DNA from: Parabacteroides sp.
Lineage (GTDB): Bacteria; Bacteroidota; Bacteroidia; Bacteroidales; Tannerellaceae
Direction of reading: 5' to 3'
Length of the DNA stretch: 50,908 nt
Assembly: GCA_051870655.1 (NCBI GenBank)
Contig: JBJECC010000082.1
Coordinates: forward strand, 1 to 50,908
Shown here: one piece after another, positions 28,135 through 36,389 of the stretch
Position numbering within the stretch: position 1 is the first letter of the stretch
How the letters are laid out: every line of letters starts with the position of its first letter
Notes under the pieces: generated by a model
Seen by the model: only the letters and a program-made list of their open reading frames with translations
Told to the model about the DNA's origin: nothing
The model's database searches: none
Made by a program: the position numbers and the translations under genes

Positions 28135-28153
28135 ACCCTTAAAAGGTATTTCT

Positions 28154-29086
28154 ATGCATAAACTAATTCTTTTACTTGTGGGCGTCTGGCTGTGTGCCGG
28201 CTGGGCTTCGGCCCAACGGACCGTGGTCCAGGTGGAAGGAGAACGGAGTACGGTCTCCCCTTCCGGCAAATCGTTGAAACGAAAAGTTGCCATTGCCCGT
28301 TTTTCCAATGAAACGCAGTATGCCAAAGGTCTTTTCTACGACAAGGAGAATGATCCGATGGGCAAACAGGCCTCCGACATTTTGGCCACTCGTCTGGCCG
28401 CTTCGGAGAAGTTCCTGTTGCTGGAACGGAGTGACCTGGACAAATTGCAGAGTGAGAATGAGCTGAACAAAACCCAGTTGCAGCAGATTGCGGCTGACTA
28501 TCTCATTTTGGGCTCCATTACGCAGTTTGGCCGGAAGAATGTGGGCGACCAACGTGTCTTTTCCAGCACCAAGACGCAGATCGTCGAGGCGGCTGTCAGC
28601 ATTCGGCTGGTGGATGTGAAGAGTGGTCTGATCATCTATTCCGATGAGGCGAAGGGAGATGCTGAGTTGAAGAGCAAAGAGACGTTGGGAGTCGGCGGCA
28701 AGGCGGACTACGACGCGACGTTGAGTGACAAGGCCATCTCGGCGGCCATCTCCAAACTGGTGGAAAACATTATTAATAAATGTACCGACAAGCCTTGGCG
28801 GGGCTATTTTATGATGGCCGATGCCGACGCCACGATCATTTCCGGCGGTGCCAGCCAGGGCATTGCCGTCGGAGACTGCTTCCTTGTCAAGAAACGGGGC
28901 AAGCAGGTCACCAATCCGCAGACCGGCGTGCAGTTTGAACTGCCTGGCAAGCAGGTGGGAAAGGTGCGCGTGGAGGATGTGCAGGGCGACACACCCGAAA
29001 CGGAATACTCTTTGGTCTCTTTTGTAGAGGGAGCGATTGATACGGAAAAGTTGGATGAATATTATATCGAGGAATGCAAGCCATGA
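28154..29086 (+). CDS. CsgG/HfaB-family exported protein with FlgT-C-like tail
   Basis: Signal peptide; KRKVAIARF, KFLLLERSDLDKL, ADYLILGSITQFG, IRLVDVKSGLII; C-terminal ISGGASQGIAVGD...NPQTG...VGKVRV. Confidence 0.8.
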   Translation: MHKLILLLVGVWLCAGWASAQRTVVQVEGERSTVSPSGKSLKRKVAIARFSNETQYAKGLFYDKENDPMGKQASDILATRLAASEKFLLLERSDLDKLQSENELNKTQLQQIAADYLILGSITQFGRKNVGDQRVFSSTKTQIVEAAVSIRLVDVKSGLIIYSDEAKGDAELKSKETLGVGGKADYDATLSDKAISAAISKLVENIINKCTDKPWRGYFMMADADATIISGGASQGIAVGDCFLVKKRGKQVTNPQTGVQFELPGKQVGKVRVEDVQGDTPETEYSLVSFVEGAIDTEKLDEYYIEECKP

Positions 29087-29421
29087 AAAAACAATATTTG
29101 ATAACCCTGTTGTGCCTGATAGCCCTCTGTTTGCAGGGCTGTAAAGTGGGCAATGTAGCCTCTTCCCAAGGATTGCCCGATCAGGCATATCTCTATTTCG
29201 AGTCCGCGAATGAATATAAAGGGGATGTGGAGGTGACCTTGGAACCCGCCACGACGTTCCGGGCGAAAGTGTATCTGCCGAAGAAGCATCTCGTGAAGGG
29301 CGAGACCTATGCGGTGGCGACCGGCAAACGGCACCTCCGTGTCTCCTACCAGGGAAAGGTGATTTATGAGCGTACGTTGATGTTCACGACGCAGGAAACG
29401 CAAAAAATCCTCCTGCCATGA
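29083..29421 (+). CDS. Small hypothetical lipoprotein (beta-rich)
   Basis: MKKQYLITLLCLIALCLQGC lipobox; ATGA overlaps at both ends. Confidence 0.75.
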   Translation: MKKQYLITLLCLIALCLQGCKVGNVASSQGLPDQAYLYFESANEYKGDVEVTLEPATTFRAKVYLPKKHLVKGETYAVATGKRHLRVSYQGKVIYERTLMFTTQETQKILLP

Positions 29422-29771
29422 AAGTCCTGTCATGTGCAGCCGCAGGCCTCCTTCTGCTGACAGCCTGCGGCACGGAGAGCTCCATTGCCCATTTGTATAA
29501 TTGGCAGAATTATGAATCGGCTACGTATGCCTATTACAAACAGCAGACGCCGGAATCGGAGAAACAGCTGTTGGATATGTATAAGGCGTTGATTGATTCG
29601 CCCGGCGGCCTGCGCAAACAGGTGCCTCCCGGTGTCTATGCCGAGTATGGCTATTTGTTGTGGCGGGGCGGCAAGCAGGAAGAGGGCATGCAGCTGATGA
29701 AGATGGAGCAGCAATTGTATCCGGAGTCGAAACCCTTTATAGATCGTTTAATGAAACAGATGGAGAAATGA
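29418..29771 (+). CDS. DUF4810-like TPR lipoprotein
   Basis: Lipobox LTAC; LYNWQNY, VPPGVYAEYGYLL, EQQLYPESKPFIDRL. Confidence 0.85.
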   Translation: MKVLSCAAAGLLLLTACGTESSIAHLYNWQNYESATYAYYKQQTPESEKQLLDMYKALIDSPGGLRKQVPPGVYAEYGYLLWRGGKQEEGMQLMKMEQQLYPESKPFIDRLMKQMEK

Positions 29772-30460
29772 AAGCCAAGATAGTTGCAATCAGTACGTTG
29801 TTGGCAGGCGTGATGTCACTTGTCTCCTGCTCTTCGACCCATTTGACCCGAAGCGGCTCCTATCCCAAACTCTATGAGGAGCAGCCGGTGGCAATCGCCG
29901 TGATGCCTCCGATCAACAACACGACCCATGTGGAGGCCAAGGAGTATTTCTATACGACCTTGGCGAAGCCCCTGTGCAACAAGGGTTATTACGTGATCTC
30001 TCCCCTGCTGGCCATGGAGATCTTCAAGAACGAAAGCGCGTATGACAGCGAGCAGTTCCTCAACAATTCGTTGCAGCCTTTCCACGATGTGTTTGGAGTG
30101 GATGCCGTGCTCTTCACGACCATTGAGCAGTGGTCCAAATCCGCTTTGGGAGGTACGGTCACCGTCCAGATCGAATATGAGTTGAAATCGACTCACACCA
30201 ACGAGACGCTTTTCAAACGTAACGGCACGCTGACCCTCGACCTCAACTCGACAAGCAGTGGTCAGGGACTGGGCAATCTGCTGCTCGACATGGTCTCGTC
30301 CGCTGTGGCGACAGCGTTGACCGACAAGACGGACGTGGCGCGACGCTGCAACAACTATGTGCTGCGCGATCTGCCGGAGGGGAAATATTCCCCCTATCAC
30401 GGCACGGATCGCGATACGGAATGCAGTCCGGAACGCTTCTCTGTGCGAATCAACGAGTAA
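29768..30460 (+). CDS. DUF799 / GNA1162-family lipoprotein
   Basis: Start MKAKIV, lipobox LVSC; PVAIAVMPPINNT, PLCNKGYYVISP, FGVDAVLF, LPEGKYSPY. Confidence 0.85.
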   Translation: MKAKIVAISTLLAGVMSLVSCSSTHLTRSGSYPKLYEEQPVAIAVMPPINNTTHVEAKEYFYTTLAKPLCNKGYYVISPLLAMEIFKNESAYDSEQFLNNSLQPFHDVFGVDAVLFTTIEQWSKSALGGTVTVQIEYELKSTHTNETLFKRNGTLTLDLNSTSSGQGLGNLLLDMVSSAVATALTDKTDVARRCNNYVLRDLPEGKYSPYHGTDRDTECSPERFSVRINE

Positions 30461-30549
30461 GAGACCGGGTCTGTTTGAGATTTTTGTGCTACCTTTGCCG
30501 CGTGAATTCGGGAAGAATTCGTTTTTGAGTATAAACCTAAATATATTTT

Positions 30550-31407
30550 ATGGGTCATAATTTATTACAAGGGAAACGCGGCATCATTTTCGGTGCTTTG
30601 AACGACATGTCAATCGCCTGGAAGGTGGCAGAGAGAGCTGTGGAAGAGGGCGCTGTCATTACGTTGAGTAACACTCCGGTAGCCGTCCGTATGGGACAGG
30701 TGGATGCCTTGGCGAAAAAGCTGAATGCCGAGGTGCTGCCGGCTGATGCCACCAATGTGGAGGATCTGGAGATGGTTTTCGCCAAGTCTGTAGAGATTTT
30801 GGGCGGCAAGATCGACTTCGTGCTGCACTCGATCGGCATGAGTCCGAATGTCCGCAAGAAACGTACATACGACGATTTGGACTACAGCATGTTGGAGAAG
30901 ACGCTCGACATCTCTGCCATTTCGTTCCACAAGATGTTGCAGGTGGCCAAGAAGCAGGATGCCATTGCGGAATATGGCTCCGTCGTGGCGCTCTCTTACG
31001 TAGCGGCACAGCGTACATTCTTTGGTTACAATGATATGGCCGATGCCAAGAGTCTGTTGGAGTCGATCGCCCGCAGTTTCGGCTACATTTACGGACGGGA
31101 AAAGAATGTGCGTATCAACACCATTTCACAGTCTCCGACAATGACAACAGCCGGTAGCGGTGTCAAAGGCATGGAACATTTGATGGACTTTGCCGGCAAG
31201 ATGAGCCCGCTGGGCAATGCGACGGCTGACGAATGTGCCGACTATTGCGTGATGATGTTCTCCGACTTTACGCGCAAGGTGACGATGCAAAACCTCTATC
31301 ACGATGGAGGCTTCTCAAGCATGGGCATGAGCCTCCGGGCCATGAACCAGTATAGCAAGGGATTGGAAGAATATACCGACGAGAACGGTCATATTATTTA
31401 CGGCTGA
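30550..31407 (+). CDS. fabI: Enoyl-ACP reductase FabI
   Basis: GKRGIIFGALNDMSIAW, DFVLHSIGMS, YNDMADAK, VRINTISQSP, NLYHDGG; -7 TACCTTTG at 30490-30497. Confidence 0.95.
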   Translation: MGHNLLQGKRGIIFGALNDMSIAWKVAERAVEEGAVITLSNTPVAVRMGQVDALAKKLNAEVLPADATNVEDLEMVFAKSVEILGGKIDFVLHSIGMSPNVRKKRTYDDLDYSMLEKTLDISAISFHKMLQVAKKQDAIAEYGSVVALSYVAAQRTFFGYNDMADAKSLLESIARSFGYIYGREKNVRINTISQSPTMTTAGSGVKGMEHLMDFAGKMSPLGNATADECADYCVMMFSDFTRKVTMQNLYHDGGFSSMGMSLRAMNQYSKGLEEYTDENGHIIYG

Positions 31408-31408
31408 T

Positions 31409-32017
31409 ATGTTTATCAAGATTTATCCGGAGAATCCGAATCCAAAAGCAATCGACAAGGTCATCTCCGTCCTGCGGGACGGAGGACTTGTCATTTATCC
31501 GACCGACACCATCTATGCCATCGGCTGCGATGCGCTGAACGTGCGTGCCGTAGAGCGGATTTGTCAGATAAAAGGGGTCAATCCGCAGAAGAGCGGCCTC
31601 TCCATTATCTGCTACGACCTGTCTAATCTGAGTGAATATGCCAAAGTGAGCAATTCGGCTTTCAAGCTGATGAAGAAGAACCTGCCGGGACCCTTCACCT
31701 TCATTCTCCCGACCAGCAGCGAATTGCCTAAAATCTATAAGAACCGGCGTGAAGTGGGCATCCGTGTGCCCGACAACAACATCATCCGTACGTTGGTCAA
31801 GGAGCTGGGCAATCCCATTCTGACCATGTCCATCCACGACGACGATGAATATGTGGAATACTCCACGGATCCGGAACTGATTGCCGAGAAGTATGAGGAT
31901 CTTGTGGATGTCGTCATCGACGGTGGCATGGGGGGCACAGAGGTCTCTACGGTCATTGACTGCACCACCGATGAGTTCACCATCGTCCGCCAGGGCAAAG
32001 GTGAATTGAATGACTGA
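31409..32017 (+). CDS. Sua5/YciO/YrdC family (threonylcarbamoyl-AMP synthase-like) protein
   Basis: IYPTDTIYAIGC, NLPGPFTFIL, VGIRVPD, DGG...STVID. Confidence 0.9.
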   Translation: MFIKIYPENPNPKAIDKVISVLRDGGLVIYPTDTIYAIGCDALNVRAVERICQIKGVNPQKSGLSIICYDLSNLSEYAKVSNSAFKLMKKNLPGPFTFILPTSSELPKIYKNRREVGIRVPDNNIIRTLVKELGNPILTMSIHDDDEYVEYSTDPELIAEKYEDLVDVVIDGGMGGTEVSTVIDCTTDEFTIVRQGKGELND

Positions 32018-32044
32018 AAAATTGCGCTTTCACCGTATGTTTTT

Positions 32045-32611
32045 CTATAGACGTTGTGCCCGGATACGGCTGAGCGTGTAGATGGATATGCCTAAAAAGG
32101 CGGCCACATATTTCAGCTTTACCCGATTGATGAGGCCGGGATAGCGTTGGAGAAAATGTTCGTAACGCTCCTTCGGAGAGAGTTGCAGGCGATCGACGAA
32201 TATGTGGCTCAATTCCTTGTTGACATCCTGATGCAACACCCGTCCCCAGTTGGCAATGTCAATGTATTGCTCGTAAAGCTCGTTCAGCCGGTCGATGGGG
32301 AGCACATAGATTTCGCAGTCTTCGATGGTTTCGATGCTTTCGATGGAGGGATGCTGATAGTACATGGAGTCCATGCCGAACGTGATGTCTCCCTCCTTGC
32401 TGAACCAGGTGGTGGTGTCCGTACCGTCGTGGTGGAAAACGGACCGGGTGATGCCCTTCTCGATGAAGTACACCAGCCGATCCGTATGTCCTGAGGCCAC
32501 GATACAGGTCTCTTTGGGATAGAAACGCCGTTCCATGCCGGCTGTGAGCGCTTGCAGGGCCTCTTCCGACATGGGGTGTGTAGCCTGTATTTTAGCGATT
32601 ATGTGTTTCAT
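32045..32611 (-). CDS. Crp/Fnr-family regulator (cNMP-binding domain plus short HTH)
   Basis: VYFIEKGITR, PSIESIETIEDC, SPKERYEHFL...YVAAFLGISIYTLSRIR; -7 element CAAAGGTA at 32634-32641. Confidence 0.9.
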   Translation of the reverse strand: MKHIIAKIQATHPMSEEALQALTAGMERRFYPKETCIVASGHTDRLVYFIEKGITRSVFHHDGTDTTTWFSKEGDITFGMDSMYYQHPSIESIETIEDCEIYVLPIDRLNELYEQYIDIANWGRVLHQDVNKELSHIFVDRLQLSPKERYEHFLQRYPGLINRVKLKYVAAFLGISIYTLSRIRAQRL

Positions 32612-32659
32612 GGAGATATTTTTTCCAACTGTGCAAAGGTAACAAACATTCGACAGCTA

Positions 32660-33811
32660 TCAAACGAAACGTGCGGCCAGCCATTTGCGTACCGGCTCAT
32701 CGTAGAGTTTCAGGCAGAGATAGGCCACAAGGATGTTCCAGCCATACACGCAAAGCGCCACCTGCCAGGTCTCCGCAAATGTGTAGAGTTCGCTCTTGAT
32801 GAGCCATGCGTAGAACAGATACATAAACGGATAGTGGATGATGTAGAGCGGAAACGACAAGTCTCCCAGGAATTTGCAGACGCGGGTGGAGAATCGGTCC
32901 GTGGTCTGTCCGGAGGCTCCGAGCCATACGATCAAAGGGAAGACAGCGGCGATACAGAAGATTTCGAACAGGCCGTTCCACAGGATGGGGGTGTTGCCTC
33001 CGATGAAGGGGACAAACAACAGGGCGGCCAACAGAACGGCACAGATCCAGAAGGCTCCTTTGATGCGGGTCGGCTGGAAATGGCGGGACAACAGCATTCC
33101 CAGGGTGAAGGGGAAGAGCATACGCAGGGAACCGCCGAGGAAATTCACGCTGTCCAACGTCCATCCCACCCCAAGACTTCCATAGCCGGAGACGTCGAAG
33201 ATGGCGAAACAGCCCAAGGCAACGCCCAGCGTGATCACCAGTGCTGACAGCGCCTTGTTGGAGAGGCGACGGATGAAAAGGGCGTAAAGGATATTGCCGA
33301 TGTATTCAAAGAACAGAGACCAGGCCGGTCCGTTCAGCGGGAACATCTCTCCGTTGCCGCGTACTTCATAGCCGCAACCCGGCACAGCGGGAATGAAACA
33401 CAAAGTGAGCAGCAGGGCAAGCATGACACTGGAGGTGGCGATATGCGTTCCGTCCCATTGCACGCTTCCCTGGATGAGGAACGTGAGGGCACCCAGCAGC
33501 GCTCCCATGATGACCATCGGATGGAGGCGGATCAGGCGTCGGCTGAAGAAACCTTTCATCGTCAACGACTTGCTCCATCTGTCATCATAGGCGTATCCGA
33601 TGACGAATCCGGACAACATGAAGAAAAAGTCAACGGCCAGATAGCCGTGGTTGATGCACTCAATGAAAGGTTTTGTACCCGCAAACGCATAGCCCTCGAA
33701 CACGTGATACCATACGACCAGCAAGGCAGCTACTCCGCGCAGTCCGTCCAGCAAGTCGTAATGCGGCTTGGAGTCGCTGAAGGCGGCAGATGAAGAAACG
33801 TAATTTGCCAT
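32660..33811 (-). CDS. Acyltransferase family 3 (OafA/YrhL-like membrane O-acyltransferase)
   Basis: LDGLRGVAAL, GYLAVDFFFMLSGFVI, RRLIRLHP, WSLFFEY, LGDLSFPLYIIHYP, YDEPVR; about 10 hydrophobic segments. Confidence 0.92.
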   Translation of the reverse strand: MANYVSSSAAFSDSKPHYDLLDGLRGVAALLVVWYHVFEGYAFAGTKPFIECINHGYLAVDFFFMLSGFVIGYAYDDRWSKSLTMKGFFSRRLIRLHPMVIMGALLGALTFLIQGSVQWDGTHIATSSVMLALLLTLCFIPAVPGCGYEVRGNGEMFPLNGPAWSLFFEYIGNILYALFIRRLSNKALSALVITLGVALGCFAIFDVSGYGSLGVGWTLDSVNFLGGSLRMLFPFTLGMLLSRHFQPTRIKGAFWICAVLLAALLFVPFIGGNTPILWNGLFEIFCIAAVFPLIVWLGASGQTTDRFSTRVCKFLGDLSFPLYIIHYPFMYLFYAWLIKSELYTFAETWQVALCVYGWNILVAYLCLKLYDEPVRKWLAARFV

Positions 33812-33846
33812 ACAGTTTGTATTGTTTATTTAGATGAATAAAATGA

Positions 33847-33854
33847 CAAAAATA
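33847..33854 (-). promoter_or_regulatory. -7 element for the acyltransferase gene
   Basis: CAAAAATA = TATTTTTG on the minus strand. Confidence 0.5.
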
Positions 33855-33905
33855 CCGACATCTGTTGGCTTCTGTTTTGCTTTTGGGCAAAAAAAGCTGT
33901 TCAAT

Positions 33906-34125
33906 GCTCCGGCCAGCCCTGCCCGGCCCCACCCGGCAGTACTCCCCGGCTCCTTGGGCTGCCCTGCCCAGTGCGCCGGATAGCTCTCCCCAGTGCGCTG
34001 AACTGCCCTGTCGGGCGCGCCGGGGTGCTCTGTCCGATGAGCCGGACTGTACGGCTTGGCGGGCTGAGTTCCCTGCCCAGCCCGCCAAGCCGCTCTCCCC
34101 ATCGTATCGGGCTGCTCTCCCCGGT
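33906..34125. repeat. Degenerate 22-bp tandem array, about 10 units (copy 2, same family as 4943-5250)
   Basis: Phased units 33929 ccacccggcagtactccccggc, 33951 tccttgggctgccctgcccagt, 33973 gcgccggatagctctccccagt, 33995 gcgctgaactgccctgtcgggc, 34017 gcgccggggtgctctgtccgat, 34082 ccgccaagccgctctccccatc, 34104 gtatcgggctgctctccccggt. Confidence 0.85.
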
Positions 34126-34268
34126 TCATCCGTCCCGTCTGTCGGAAGTGTCCGCGTTAGGATATGACACTTTTTACCGTTTAAATCATGTTAAACAGAG
34201 GAAAACTGGGAGTTGACGGGCTGGAATCGGCTAAATTCGTGCCGTTTTTTGTATAAAATTGTAGTTTT

Positions 34269-36341
34269 ATGGATAGAAACGAGTTTCAGAGCCGATTGGC
34301 TTTTCGATTCTGTCACTTCTCAAACCGTTCGTATGCCGTGTTCCGTACGCTCAACAAAGCCGTGAGCATTGGCGTGCTGACCATTCCGACGTTGCTGTTT
34401 GCACAGACGGAGTCCCTCCGTGCGCAGGTGCAGAGCGAAGAGAAGGTGCAGCTCTATGAATTGGAGGAGATCGAGGTGACGGGAAGTCGCGTGCCGCTGA
34501 CGTTGGGTCAGGCAGCACGTATGGTCACGGTGTTGGATCGGCAGTCCATTGCCGCCGCGCCTGTGGAGAGTGTGAATGACCTGTTGAAATACGCCATCGG
34601 GGTGGATGTGCGCCAACGGGGCGACATGGGTGTCCAGACCGACATCAGCATTCGGGGCGGCACCTTCGACCAGATTACCATCTTGCTGAATGGCATCAAT
34701 ATCTGTGATCCCCAGACCGGTCATAATGCCGCCGATTTCCCTGTCGATCTGAGTGAGATCGAACGGATTGAGGTGCTTGAGGGACCGGCAGGCCGTGTGT
34801 ATGGAACCTCCTCACTGGTGGGAGCCATCAACATCGTCACCCGCACGGAACCCAACAGCAGTGCCGAAGTGCATGCCGAGGGCGGTTCGTACGGATTCTT
34901 CCAAGGGGGCGCGCGAGCCAACATAGCCAAAGGGGACTTCAACAACCAGCTATCCGGCAGTTACACCCGGAGCGACGGCTTCAGCCGTAACCAGGCGGGC
35001 GGACTCAATGCCGATTTCCAGACCACACGCCTGTTCTATCAGGGACAATTCAAGCAGTCTGACATCCAGTTGCGCTGGCATGCCGGATTCTCCAACAAGG
35101 AGTATGGCTCCAACACCTTCTACAGTGCCAAATATGATGATCAATTTGAACATACACGCAAATATTTCGGTGCCTTGCAGGCGGAGACAAGCGGTTCGCT
35201 CTTCCATTTCAGACCGGCCATCTATTGGAACCGTTCGGAAGACCGTTTCGAGCTGTTCCGGGGCCAGCCGGACAAGGTGCCCTTCAACTATCACCGCACC
35301 GATGTCTATGGCGTCAATCTGAACAGCTATGTGGAAACCTCGTTAGGCAAGACGGCTTTCGGAGCCGAGTTGCGCAATGAGGGCATTATCAGCACCAATC
35401 TGGGCGAACCGCTGAGCCAGCCCAAGACAGCCCCTGACGGCGTGGGCACCTACAAAGTGGGGCTGAACCGCACGAATATCAGTTTCCACCTCGAACACAC
35501 CCTGTTACTGAACCGTTTCACGCTGTCAGCCGGTGTGATTGCCGTGAAAAACACCGGCAACGAGATGAATTTCCGTTTCTATCCGGGTGTGGATGCCAGC
35601 TATCAGCTGGCACGTAACTGGAAAGCCTACGCCTCGTTCAACACCTCCCTGCGTATGCCTACTTTCACCGAACTCTATTATTCCGTGGGTGGCCATGCGG
35701 CGGACAAGAATCTGAAACCGGAGGAGATGAATGCCTACGAAGTGGGCGTGAAATACCTGTCCGGCGGTGTACGGGGTACGACCAGCCTGTATTATCATCA
35801 TGGCATGAACATGATTGACTGGATCATGGACATGACTGAAGGAGACGAGGCCGTCTGGCGTTCCGTAAACCATACGAAACTGAACACGTTGGGCGTAGAG
35901 ACCTCCTGGGCGTTTGACTTGCCGGCTTTGACCGGTTGGGACGGTTTCCTCCGGACGCTCCACGTGGGGTACAGCTACATAGACCAAAGCAAGGATCTGG
36001 ATCCGTCCATCCAGTCCAAATATGCACTGGAGTATCTGAAACACAAACTGGTGGCACAGGCTGATTTCCGGGTGTGGAGCCGGTTGCAGCTGCACGTCGC
36101 CTATCGTTGGCAGGATCGTGTGGGTACCTATCAGGTGTATCAGTCCGGTGTCGCCTCCGACGAACTGGCGGAATACAGTCCCTATTCGCTGTTAGACGCC
36201 CGCCTGTCGTGGAATGCGGATCGTTACAAGGTGTATGTGGAGGCAAACAACCTGCTCAACAAGACCTATTATGATCATGGAAACATTCCGCAGCCCGGTA
36301 TTTGGGTGAAAGCGGGTATCAGTTGGCGAATTTTCCGTTAA
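34269..36341 (+). CDS. TonB-dependent outer-membrane receptor (BtuB-like, non-SusC)
   Basis: TonB box LEEIEVTGSR, plug SIRGG..ILLNG..IERIEVLEGPAGRVYG..GAINIVT, LKPE, NNLLNKTY, aromatic beta-strand C-terminus. Confidence 0.92.
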   Translation: MDRNEFQSRLAFRFCHFSNRSYAVFRTLNKAVSIGVLTIPTLLFAQTESLRAQVQSEEKVQLYELEEIEVTGSRVPLTLGQAARMVTVLDRQSIAAAPVESVNDLLKYAIGVDVRQRGDMGVQTDISIRGGTFDQITILLNGINICDPQTGHNAADFPVDLSEIERIEVLEGPAGRVYGTSSLVGAINIVTRTEPNSSAEVHAEGGSYGFFQGGARANIAKGDFNNQLSGSYTRSDGFSRNQAGGLNADFQTTRLFYQGQFKQSDIQLRWHAGFSNKEYGSNTFYSAKYDDQFEHTRKYFGALQAETSGSLFHFRPAIYWNRSEDRFELFRGQPDKVPFNYHRTDVYGVNLNSYVETSLGKTAFGAELRNEGIISTNLGEPLSQPKTAPDGVGTYKVGLNRTNISFHLEHTLLLNRFTLSAGVIAVKNTGNEMNFRFYPGVDASYQLARNWKAYASFNTSLRMPTFTELYYSVGGHAADKNLKPEEMNAYEVGVKYLSGGVRGTTSLYYHHGMNMIDWIMDMTEGDEAVWRSVNHTKLNTLGVETSWAFDLPALTGWDGFLRTLHVGYSYIDQSKDLDPSIQSKYALEYLKHKLVAQADFRVWSRLQLHVAYRWQDRVGTYQVYQSGVASDELAEYSPYSLLDARLSWNADRYKVYVEANNLLNKTYYDHGNIPQPGIWVKAGISWRIFR

Positions 36342-36389
36342 CTTTGAACCGTGAACAGCTATTTTTCAAAATAAATCAAAGATTATACG

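Noticed and set aside
33660-34216. Several 80-140 aa ORFs over array 2
   Set aside because: They occur in several frames on both strands with no recognisable domain; the 22-bp period is out of codon phase.
34126-34268. Cobalamin or TPP riboswitch ahead of the TonB receptor
   Set aside because: No B12-box or TPP core motifs, and the likely promoter (TAAATTCG near 34232) leaves too short a leader.
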